A stretch of 63,499 nt of DNA, filler included, from Olpidium bornovanus S191 (GCA_017911155.1; 26 parts of 26 records of this genome joined end to end with filler, not necessarily neighbours in it), one strand, 5' to 3'; positions 35,028 to 45,512 are shown, counted from the whole stretch's first letter. Made by a program: numbers and translations. Notes: generated by a model from the sequence alone, not told the origin.

Positions 35028-35859
35028 TGCACTCCGCTCCCGCCGTGGGCGGGGCTTCACTCATCCTCATCTCTCTGTAAATTAAGCCAGCCGAAAAAAA
35101 TTATACCGGTCCCCTTAGTTTTCCACGCCCGCCTTGCTTTTTGTCGCCGGTCACCCTCCTCCTATCACTTCCCTTTTTTGACAGCCCGCCATATTCGTTC
35201 TTGCCCCCCCCCCCCCCCCCCCCCCCCTCCCCCCCCCCCCCCCCCAAACCCAAACCCGCGGCGAATTCTATTCCGTTCTGCCGGAAACCATGCCGCCATA
35301 AAAAGAAAAACCAACCGCATCCTCGGCCACGCATACTCATGTTTTACACTTGCTGAATCCGTCGGCGAGTGACACAAGGGATCGGGAACTTTTCCCGACA
35401 CATCAAACTTTGGAAACGCTCGGGGCTTTTCCTGAACTGGCTTTTCGCCCTCGATGAACAGTTGGCAGGTGCAGGTGAGGGGGGAGGGGGGGGGGGGAAT
35501 GGGGGCCGAGGGGGGGGGGGGCCACGATGAGCGGCCCTCTCGTTGTTGTCGTGGCAGTGCTTCCCCAGAATGCAGGTGCGGCCGGCATTTTTGCCCGTCA
35601 TTTTGTGAACGGCGCGGTGAAGTGCGATGACAGAGGATTGCCCTGCGTCCGGGCGGCGACGGAGGAGGCAAATGGCCGAGTGCCTGCACGGGGAGAAACC
35701 TGGGCCAGCCCTCCCAAGAGAGCCCCGAAACCGTTCGTGCATCCCGCGATTAACGCCTCTCAGGCGGAGCTGCTTTCGCCGAGCGTGCCAACTCCTGCAG
35801 GAGGCCGTTTCCGGCAAGCGCAGCACGCGAAAAAACCCAGCTGACGGAAGGGGCATCCC

Positions 35860-36174
35860 GGGTCAATATCCAATATTGTGGCTCCGGTACTGGCGTCGGG
35901 CTCGGAAATATTCCGGAAGCCACAGCGTGGTGGGAATTCGCCGATAATACGGCTCTGGCGCCACTACGCTTGGGCGCGCACCATACACACCGTCTTGGTC
36001 TTGATCTAGGTCTGGGTCTGGATGGTCACGTGACATCGCGACTAGACACACCGGTGTGTCTAGTGATCTCGGCAATTCCAAGGTCACGTGGTCGGTACTC
36101 CGCGGGCTGCCCCTGAGAGGGGTTTGACGCAGCCTAAGAGGGGATTGACGCCACCCGCAGCGCGCGCCGTGACA
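35860..36174 (-). mobile_element. Partial LTR, diverged relative of the solo LTR at 36397, in inverted orientation
   Basis: Begins TGTCACGGCG on the minus strand at 36174. Its reverse complement aligns with 36397-36740, e.g. the shared ccaccacgctgtggc...gaatatttccgagcccgacgccagtacc block. Confidence 0.8.
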
Positions 36175-36391
36175 TGTATTATGGTATGACCAGAAATTAT
36201 ACTACTCTTAATCTACTTTTTAAAATAATAGCTCTAATAAAATATGAATTAAATTCTATGACCAATGATAGTGGTATAGATAATATTAAATATATGGTTG
36301 TAGTAACATATATAAATATAAATAAAATTATTATAACTAATATAGTAAATAAATATATTAAACTATCCATATTATTATCTGTATAGCAATC
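36175..36391. other. AT-rich island (~18% GC by hand count, no CpG)
   Basis: 40 G/C in 217 nt within a GC-rich genome; open frames of ~60-70 codons on both strands. Confidence 0.9.
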
Positions 36392-36396
36392 ACTAG

Positions 36397-37029
36397 TGTC
36401 ACGGCGCCAGCTCTCGGGCTGCTCTCGGGTCAAACCTCTCTCAGCCTGCGTCAAACCTCTCTTTTCTGGGGGGGGGAGGGCAGCTTATCGTGCGCCAATC
36501 ACGTGACCCAAGAATCGCCGAGACCACCAGACACACCAGTGTGTCTAGTCATGACGTCACGTGACCTCCGGAATCCAGATCTAGACCAAAACCGAGAGCC
36601 GTGTGTATAGTGGGCGCCAACATGGTGGCGCCAGAGCCATAATATCGGCACACTACCACCACGCTGTGGCTTTCGGAATATTGCAGAATATTTCCGAGCC
36701 CGACGCCAGTACCAGAGCTGCAATACCGAATATTGCACACCGGTACGCACCGCACTATCCAGAACACACACCGCACAACGGCATAACCGCGCCGGCGTCG
36801 GCAGTAGGCCGCGACTATATAAAGCGCCTATGCTCTCCGTACTTTTGGACGTAGAGAACAAGAACCAGAAATAGCTAGAGTTCCGCCTATGCTCTCCGTA
36901 CTTTTGGACGTAAAGAACAAGAACCAGAAATAGCTAGAGTTCCAGAATCCAGACCCAGATCCCGAGCTAGAACGGCAAACATAATCTCCAGACGGCGCTA
37001 CGCACAGATTACGTACTTCGCTCGTTACA
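36397..37029 (+). mobile_element. Solo LTR (633 bp) with perfect 5-bp target-site duplication ACTAG
   Basis: TGTCAC...GTTACA termini. ACTAG at 36392-36396 and 37030-37034. TATATAAA at ~36816, internal 2 x 59-bp duplication (36826-36943), and no PBS after the end. Confidence 0.9.
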
Positions 37030-37295
37030 ACTAGCTATATGAGTTCAACAATTATATTTTGCGCCGTATCTGTAATAAACCATCCCCTGCGATACCCCTA
37101 TACCATCTCCATCCTTTGATGTCTGCTTCCTTCGGTGTCCCGCCTCGTCTCATCCCCAATCGCCCTCGATGCCACGTGGGCACGAGATCGATCAAAGAGT
37201 ATGTAAACCCCCACCGCGCTTCGTAATAAACTTCTTCCTCCCATCCCACTACATATCACTGATGCATATTAAATGGGATTCAACACACAGGTTCC

Positions 37296-37407
37296 GACGC
37301 AGATTTAGACGCAGATTCAGACCCAGAATCCGAGGCAGACTCGGACGCATATCTGACATAGACTCGGACGCAGAATCCGACGCAGGTTCAGACGCATAAT
37401 CCGATGC
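37296..37407. repeat. Degenerate 12-bp minisatellite (GACGCAGATTCA-like; reads D-A-D-S)
   Basis: gacgcagatttagacgcagattcagacccagaatcc...; related arrays at 40428-40508 (+) and 43230-43436 (-). Confidence 0.8.
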
Positions 37408-38012
37408 ACATTCTGTGGGTTTTTTTGTATTTGTTTTTTTTTTCGTTTTTGTCCCGTTTCTGTGGTTGCGGTTACACCGGCGAAGTAAGTTCTACACCTC
37501 CCCCCAGGTGAAATGAGAAGATGGAGCGAGTAAGCAGGGAAAACGAACGAGAGCAATGAAAAACTACTATGACGGCCATTTTCAGAAAGGTGATGGTTAC
37601 GGTAGGGTTCGTATAGCCAGGGTTTCGAGCAGTGGGTCTATTTTTGGATAGTCTTGGTCTCGGCCCGCCCCTTTTCTTGTCCTACGCCGGGTCATTCGGT
37701 GGGAGACCGGTAATCTCACGACGTAAAACAGTTAGCCGCGACGGGCGACAGCAGAAATGACAAGCATTGGAACTCGCTTTCATTGGTTGGTCATGGCTTA
37801 TTTTGGTGGAGTTCGGTGACAGACGGAACAGAAACTTTTCCTTGTATGAGGTTGACAATCTTTCGCTGTAGACTGCAATGAGGGTATGATCGGCCTTTTC
37901 CGAATCGGGCAGNNNNNNNNNNNNNNNNNNNNNNNNNNNNNNNNNNNNNNNNNNNNTTAATTAATTAANNNNNNNNNNNNNNNNNNNNNNNNNNNNNNNN
38001 NNNNNNNNNNNN

Positions 38013-39196
38013 CCCGTCACACTTAGCCTGGGATAAGTTTGCCTGGTCCTTCACGTTTTTGTTGGTGTTCACGCAGGTGGTACTGTTGGTAAAGGGCATC
38101 CTGCAGTTGTTCCCATTTCGTCCAACGACCATGGTTGCCGCGCGGGTAGTCCTTAGAGTGGCTTTTCCATAGGAGACTTGCCTGTCCGCTTAGCTTAGTA
38201 GCTAGCGCCAGGGCCTCTGTCGGGATGAAGTGCCCGGCTTCCATGACCATTTCCATTTTTTCTACGAAGTCGGTGACGATCACTGCCCCTCTTGGACCCG
38301 CAAATTGTGGGACAGAGGCCAGTAGTGCTTTAACGGCGAGGTCCGAGGGTTTTGAATCGCTGCTCCCATGGTGTTCAACATGCCCGGCGAAAGGGTGGCA
38401 GTTACGGTTTTTTGCACCGCGCGTGTTTTCGTAGTCTGGGTGCAGGTCAAAAGCAACCAACTCTTCAACCGTGCCTTGGAGGTTTTGAAGCCTGTCCTCT
38501 ATGTCGGCCTTTTCCCTTTGGATGGAGGCCACCCTATCGCGTCAGGCAGCCATTTCCACGTCGGTGTTTTCACGCTTATGGTGCCGCTTCTCTATCTTTT
38601 CTTGTTCTCATCATAGCAGAATGGAATCCACTATTCTTTTCAACTTTTCCGACAGTCCCGGCATTCGGGACGTGTTGGACAATACAGACTTTCTTGAGGG
38701 GCTTCGCGCGCCGGTCTTGGTGGCATCACGAGTGTTTCCCTTCCACGTTCGGGGGTGAAAAAGGAGGCTTTGCCTTCCTCCGGCGTGTCTCACCAGGCAG
38801 GGCCGTTGGGCCAAACCACAGTTGCTGCGGCTCGGTCGTTCCTTTTTTTCTCCCCTCCCAGTTCTGCGGACCGGAAAGAGGTCACGGTTTGTGCTCATGG
38901 TTCTTTTTCTTCTGCTCTACTTCTACGGCGGTAAGCTCTACATTCGTGGTCAGCGCTATCCTGTTGGGCTCATAACCTGTTGGAACGGAGCCGAAGAAGA
39001 AGGCAAAGACGCAGCGCATACAGCGAGCCCGAAAGAACGGGAAGGGAAGGAGAACTGTGTTCGGGGCATTTGTTTACTAGTTTCCCCCCTGGCCCTATTT
39101 TATATGGGCGGCGCCTAAGGAATCTACGCGGGGGTAACGCGGGCTGGTGCACACAGTGCGTCCACGGCTCAGCCCATCCCCCCTTTATATTCTACA
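38013..39196 (-). mobile_element. 5' part of an LTR retrotransposon: LTR ~39196-38978, PBS 38977-38963, gag-like ORF 38532-38023
   Basis: The LTR ends TTCCAACA, followed directly by GGTTATGAGCCCAAC. The ORF has VPQFAGPRG..DFVEKME..LATKLSGQASLLWK..WEQLQDALYQQY, a retrotransposon capsid pattern. The LTR start (TGTAGAA) is tentative. Confidence 0.8.
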
Positions 39197-39237
39197 GGGC
39201 GCGCGGGACAGAGGGTGAGAGAGTCACACACACTGAC

Positions 39238-39311
39238 ACACTCACTCACTCACTCACGCACTCACTCACTCACTCACTCACTCACTCACGCACTCACTCA
39301 ATCACTCACAC
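39238..39311. repeat. (ACTC)n tetranucleotide microsatellite
   Basis: Directly visible, slightly interrupted. Confidence 0.95.
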
Positions 39312-39360
39312 TCCCCCGCGCTGCTTTCCTCTCGCTCCCTGACCGACCCAGACCAACCCA

Positions 39361-39407
<47 letters not shown>

Positions 39408-39560
39408 CCCCCCCCCCCCCCCCCCCCGCCCAACCCCCCCCCCCCCCCCCAAAACCACCCNNNNNNNNNNNNNNNNNNNNNNNNNNNNNNNNNNNNNNNN
39501 NNNNTTAATTAATTAANNNNNNNNNNNNNNNNNNNNNNNNNNNNNNNNNNNNNNNNNNNN

Positions 39561-39688
39561 CCATGTAAAATCAGGCCCAGTGGGAGATAGTAAACACACG
39601 CCCCGAACACAGTTCTCTTTCCGTCCTTTTTATACGGGCTCGCGGCGCGCGCAGCATCCTCGCCTTCCTTGGCTCGGCAGTTTCGCCA
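39561..39688 (+). mobile_element. LTR fragment related to the LTR at 38978-39196
   Basis: Shares tagtaaaca..gccccgaacacagttctc..cgggctcgc..gccttc with the minus strand of 38980-39110, on a different contig. Confidence 0.75.
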
Positions 39689-40846
39689 CCCTTCCCCTTC
39701 GCCCGCCACTAATGCAGATATTAATTATACATAGATCAGCTAATGTAATTCCTTGCGTACTATACGATATTGCTCCATTTATATACAGCGACGCTCCCGT
39801 CGAGACTTTTTTGACCAGCGCGCTTTTCTCTTCTGTTGAAAGAAAAAATTATTAATAAAAAACCCCCCGGCCCGGCCCCCCCCCCCCTATCTTCCCCCGG
39901 ACGGTGCGCTCCAAACTGAAAACGGGCGCGATTTTCAGAAAGATTTTTCTGGAGATAACAGGTGGGTTCCCGTTGGGTGAACCAAGCCGTTCGGTTCGCC
40001 AAGTGATGAACAAATTGTGGATGCCGCCGTTACCAGGTCGCCAAAAGTTGTACACTCCATCACCGACAAGAGCGGCCAACATAGCGAAATGTGTATTTTT
40101 CCCCCGTAATTCTTCAACGACTTCAAGCACCGGCAACTTTTTTGAAGAAACCAGTTTCAGAGAGCATATCTGTGTTGCGCACGGAGAACAGATTGAGTCA
40201 AGACTGATACATGTCACGGCGGTGTTCTCTGTTCCCCTGTTGTATTCTGTTGAGAGCCGGAGGGACGCGAACACACGGCACGCACTCTCTCTTTCTGTCC
40301 CGTCTCTCTCTGGAGAGAGGATGGAATGAGTGAAGAAAGAAAGAGAACGAGCGAGCGCGAGAGACTGAGTAGAGAGAGAGAGAGAGGGAAAGGGGGAAAG
40401 AGAGAGAAGAGAGAAAGGTAGAGAGGTCAGATTCAGATGCAGAATTTGCCGCAGATTCCGACACAGAATTTGATGCAGATTCACGCGCAGAATCTGGCGG
40501 CAGATTTCAGTCGCTTGCCCGTTCAGGAAGTTGCGATGAGGTCACCGCAGTTCATCATTGGCCCGTAATAGGCAGGCATCACGGCGCCGAAATGGGACTT
40601 TTTCCGCGGCGTATCCGTTGGCCCTTCCTACGCCTTCGGTATCGACACGGAGGATAATGAGGGGAAGAGGGAAGGCGGGAGAGGGGGTGCGCGGGGGAAA
40701 AGAGGCTCAGGCGCGCAGCCAGCTGTCGGCGGTCGAAGTAAAATTTGCACGGACGATTAAAACATCTTCCCCACCGGTGCACCCCGTTTGAAATGAAAGC
40801 GTCCTCGCGTATTGTGTTTTGGCCACGGAATCAACCGCGTGTCCTT

Positions 40847-40882
<36 letters not shown>

Positions 40883-40997
40883 CCGCCCCCCCCCCCCNNN
40901 NNNNNNNNNNNNNNNNNNNNNNNNNNNNNNNNNNNNNNNNNTTAATTAATTAANNNNNNNNNNNNNNNNNNNNNNNNNNNNNNNNNNNNNNNNNNNN

Positions 40998-43197
40998 GCA
41001 TGTAATTCCGCAGGGATCAGCAGAAAGTCACTTGGGAAATGATCGGGTGACTCACAAAATTTGCAAAGTCGTCGAGGCTTGCAAATTTGGTTTTGGTTTG
41101 ATCGGGCAGCTGGCTGTTTTTTCTTGGCGTTATCCTTATGCTCTTTGCCTTGTCTACGGTTACGGCAGTCCAGTTGGTCAGTGCGCCGATGGTCAGCGTG
41201 AAGGGCAGTCAGGCGGGGACCGGGGCCACTCAACCCGGGTCTGGAGCGAGTCACGGCATCAAATTGTAAGGCGGCTTGTTGACAAATGTAGATGTCAAGT
41301 ATGTTGCCTGGGACAGCAGCAAAAGCTTTCTTGACAGGTTCAGCGAGATTGTTGAGGTACTGTAGCATGAGGGCATGGCCTGAGATCTCATTGCCGATCA
41401 GAGAACTTAAAGCATTGAACTGAGTAGTATAGTTTCGGACGGAATCTGTCTGCTTCAATGCTCTCAGCTTTCTGGTGGCATCAAGTACCTCAAAGCCATG
41501 CGAATAATGGGCATTTAGTAGGTCCTTAAGAGCACTCCAATCTACACCGGGGTAACTTGCAAGATAAGTAAACCACAACTGTGCTGGATCACCAGTCAAT
41601 TTGTTGGCGGCTAATATCACGCGAAATTCGTCCGGTGTGGCGGCAAAGCGGAAATATGTCTCGAGTTGCTGAAGGAATGTGCGGAGTTGCAAAGCTCCTT
41701 TCCAGCCGTCGTACATGGGTAGCTCATGTAACATAGCTCTCAGCAGTTCGGCCTGGTGAGGAGAAGTCGAGTTTTGAGTAGCTGAAGGAGAGACAGAAGG
41801 AACATTCAAGTGGTTTGTTCGTGCAGCGTTTATTTCTTCCTGTTGCTTCAGGATAATCAGACGCAAGTCTTTCATTTCCGCACGAAATGCTGCCATGTCC
41901 GTGTCTTTTTCTGTATGTCAGGAAGGTCCATTCCTAGGCGTGATGAGTTCGAGAAGATTGCGCCCCGACTGGGCTTAGCCTTTGTCGGGTGGTGTGCATC
42001 TTTGTCGAAAGGCATGGCTCTCTTCCCCCCCTTTTTGGGTTGCGCTATGCTGGGGTGGGGCGACGAGGCGGTGCTGGCGGAGAGCGGCGGAGGATGACGG
42101 AGAGCGGCGCTGCGGCGCTGTGACTGTGGCAAAGAGCGGGGCGGCTCAGCAAAGAGCCGCGGGCGGCGGCGAAGCACAGAACGGTGGTCGAGGCGCAGAA
42201 CAGCGGCGGCAGCGCAGAACAGCGGCGAAAGCGCAGAACGGCGCCCAGCGGAGCTGTCTGAGAGCTGTGCTGCAACGATGGCGGCAGCGGCGCTGTGGCG
42301 AGGTGCGGCGCTTCGAAGGCGAAGAAGCCGAGCCGCCGAGCGGCAGCGAAGAGAGAGCGGCGGCGGCGGACTGAGAGTTATAGCCGAGCAACGGCGGCGG
42401 CGAGCTCAGAGGCGATTGAAAGATGGCGTGAGCCCGGGGCCGAAGGCGAGCTCGGGGCTGAAGGCAAAGGCGAGCTCGGGGCCGGAGAAGGTGAAGCGAG
42501 CTCGGGAGCAGCGGCAGCAGCAAAGAAAACCGCGGCAGCGAGAAAACTCGCGGCTGCGGCGGCGAGCGGCTGCGGCGGAGAAGGCTCGCGGCGGCGAACT
42601 GTCGCAGGGCACAGGCCGCAGAGGCGATCACAAAACGATGGCGTGCGGGCGAGGCAGCAGCGATGGCTCGGCGAGCGAAAGAAAGGCGGCGCTGCGGCAA
42701 AGAGCGGCGCTGCAGCGGAGATGGCGGCAGTAGCGGTTCACGCGAAAGCAGTGGCGGCGGCGGTGGCGCACAGGCCGCAGAGGCGATTGCGAAAAAACGA
42801 TGGCGTCCGGGCGAGGCGAGGCCGCGGCGGGCGCAGCGGCGACAGTGCAGCGGCGATGCTGCGCGAGCTCGGGGCCGAGGCGAAGCGGAAGGCGAGAGGC
42901 ACGGGGAACTCACGTCCGGGTTGGGCTCATAACCTATTGAGAGTTATGGTAGTTTCGCGTCTGTGGGGCGTTGCATTTTGAACGCGTCAAGAGAGAGAAG
43001 TAGTAATGTGGGAACATTCAGGGGTTCTGACTAAAGGAAATAAAACGAAGAGAGATGAGAAGAGGGTTGAATGAGGATCTTAAGCCGACTCTGAAGGAAA
43101 ATCCAACCCTGACACCTGTGTAGACTTAAAGTGGACTTATTGCTGTAGTAAAGATAAACAAGCGGTTTAACCAAAAGAAGATGTCCCGTGATCAACA
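40998..43197 (-). mobile_element. 5' part of an LTR retrotransposon: LTR ~43197-42935, PBS 42934-42920, ~1-kb GC-rich leader, gag 41896-40998 with zinc knuckle
   Basis: TGTTGA...TCAATA termini, then GGTTATGAGCCCAAC. Gag reads LPMYDG..LRTFLQQLETYF..AANKLTGDPAQLWF..LRALKQTDSVRNYTTQF..CKFCESPDHFPSDF (CX2CX4HX4C with the last Cys lost). The LTR far end is tentative. Confidence 0.85.
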
Positions 43198-44272
43198 GCA
43201 AAAATTTCTTTTTTCCTCATTCAACATCAGCTTAACATCCTCATTCCGAGTCAGCATCAGATACTGAGTCTGCCACAGATTTTAATTCGGAGTCTGAGTC
43301 AGATCCTGCTCCAAAGTCTGCTTCAAATTCAGAGTCAGTGTTTGTTTCAAATTCTGCAGCAGAGCCTGTGTCAGAGTCTGCATCAGAGTCTGCATCAGAG
43401 TCTGTGTCAAAATATGTGTCACAGTCTCAGTTAGAACCTTTACTGTAAGAGAAAACGTAGGGTAGGGTAAGTACCAAGGGTAACCCTGGCGCTATCTCTG
43501 AGGGAGCAAAGCTCTGCGATGTGTAGCCAATATGACAATTCCCCATTGTCCCGGCATCTGCAGGCACTTGTCATGGAGTCCAAGGTCTGGCTTGCACTCA
43601 CATTTGTCTGGCAAACCCCTGACTGCTGTCTTTCCGTTCTCCTGAAAAGCACGGACTGTACGTGGCTTTATCTCGTGTACCCACGAGACATGGCTTGCTG
43701 TTGATGGAGGAACTGACACCTAAGGACTTTACATATTTCCGCCCCTCGCCGGCTGTTTTAGACGAGGATACCTGACTGCAACAGCTGGTCCGTGTTACTT
43801 TGGAGAACCTTGACTGCGAGACTTGTGGACCTAACCAAGTATAATCATATTTTGGTCACATACTCCTGGACCGGTTGCAATGTAGTAAAAATTATCAGGC
43901 TCACCAGAGTTTATGGGAAGTTTGGGCAAAACTCCAGCGCAAAAAACAAAGTACTGCCAGAATGCTCTGCGATAAGCACGGGTTTTTACCCAACGCAAAT
44001 GCCGCCTCCCGCTATTAGGTGGGGGGACAGTAACAAGCACTGATTAAAACTGAGTGGCCGGTAATAAAACTTACAGGAACTTCCCAGGACGCGGAATTTA
44101 ACCGGTTCAGGAATTTCCCTAGCTGTTGCCCGAAGCATCCGGTTCTCAGCAAAAACCCGCCTTCCTCGCTAGGAGAAAGGGAAAGTGGTAAAAGTAAACA
44201 GGGCCTGTTTAGCAGGAAAGGCATAAAAAGCTTCCGCTCTAGTATTGGCTACTGTCTACCCAGACTCCTATC

Positions 44273-44800
44273 TCAATCCCAATCACGTCTGCCGTAGTCT
44301 AGCCACAGTTTTCGCTTTCATAAAGGTCCCGGAGGGCCTTGATGATGACCTTTTTCCCGGGTTTGGGAACCAACTGGCTGGGGGCTGGGAAGGCCGTGTT
44401 TTCATAGGCAAACCTGCAGTTCGCAAACTAAATGAACTCAATAATGAACCGGCAGTATCCGGCGTTTGTGGAGGACGCGTCCACGAACAGCCCTGGACGA
44501 GCCTCCAGCACATATTGCAGCCGGAGACTCTGTACGAGTCCCAGCTGGTCCACTTCTGCTTTGCTGAGTACCGGTCCTCCGCATATGCCGATTGTGTTCC
44601 CTGCCCTAAAAACCACCTGCGGCCTAAAAGCCACAGGGGTTGTACCGACTGTGGCCACAAATAAACCGTATGCTGCTCCAGGCCAGGTGGACGAGCGAAC
44701 CTCAACATGGAACCTGGCGGACGTGCACTGCCCGCAGAACGGGTGGGTGAGGCTCGTCTGTCTTTTGCAGGAGGCGTCTGCGCCTGGAGCTATGACCTTA
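44273..44800 (-). pseudogene. Stand-alone SET-domain methyltransferase pseudogene, intronless
   Basis: CKRQT..THPFCGQC..VEVRSSTWPGAAYGLFVA..FRAGNTIGICGGPVLS..YVLE..FVDASSTNAGYCRFIIEFI*FANCRF..VIIKALRDLYESE-(1-nt deletion near 44310)-LWLDYGRRDWD*. SET motifs G.GLFA, RFxN, RDI..GEEL and DYG..W are present in order; nonsense codon at 44428-44430. Confidence 0.8.
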
Positions 44801-44899
44801 AGTTGATTGTTCTTTGACAGCAGTGCCTCTTTAGGTGGAACCCACTTTGTGTTGGTACTCAAGCCCTCACTGCCCTCAAAGTAGTTACCGCCCGAACCC

Positions 44900-45412
44900 A
44901 AAATAAACCAAACATAACCAAACCACAGGTTATGAGCCCAACGGCGCCCTGCCCGTGAACCCGCGAACGCTCTTGAAGAGCGTGAACCATCCTACCATCC
45001 TTCCTCTGCACTCCCGAAGAGCGCAACCTCCTCCTCCTTTTGCTCCCGAAGAGCGCAACCTCCTCCTCCTCCTCCTTCCGCCGCGCCTCCCGCGGCACCC
45101 TCCATCCCGCAGCTCGTGACACCTGCCACCGCGCAGCGCCCGCCGCCGCGCCACTCTCGCCGCTGCGCGCCCGCCCCTGCGCGCCAGCCTCTGCGCGCCC
45201 GTCGCCGCCGCCCCCGCCGCTGCGCGCTCGTCGCGCCATCTCTCTGCGCCACCGCGCACCAACCTTCCCTGCGCCGCCGCGCAGCAACCAACCGCCGCGC
45301 CGCGCCATCCTCCGCGCCGCCGCCGCGCCGCGCCATCCTTTGCGCCGTCGCGCAACCTCCAACCGCCATCTGCGCCGTCGCGCAACCGCCATCCTCTGCG
45401 CCGCCGCGCAGC
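44900..45412 (+). mobile_element. LTR end (AATAAA...ACCACA at 44927), PBS 44928-44942 and C-rich repeat leader of a third element
   Basis: GGTTATGAGCCCAAC directly after CA; the GC-rich repetitive leader resembles those at 31390-31910 and 41990-42900. Confidence 0.72.
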
Positions 45413-45512
45413 NNNNNNNNNNNNNNNNNNNNNNNNNNNNNNNNNNNNNNNNNNNNTTAATTAATTAANNNNNNNNNNNNNNNNNNNNNNNNNNNNNNNN
45501 NNNNNNNNNNNN

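Noticed and set aside
35860-36740. MITE or TIR DNA transposon with an AT-rich core
   Set aside because: The right arm continues into a complete TG...CA LTR with its own ACTAG TSD, so two inverted LTRs explain the structure better.
43704-44297. Possible decayed plus-strand ORF convergent with the SET pseudogene (CETCG, LCDKHG)
   Set aside because: Four internal stops in ~198 codons is only modestly below chance, and no family motif was recognised. Worth a tBLASTn only if the SET locus proves multicopy.
36175-44430. RIP-like hypermutation of repeats
   Set aside because: There is only one clear CAG-to-TAG candidate and one AT island. Neighbouring LTRs and gags keep high GC and many CpA/CpG sites.
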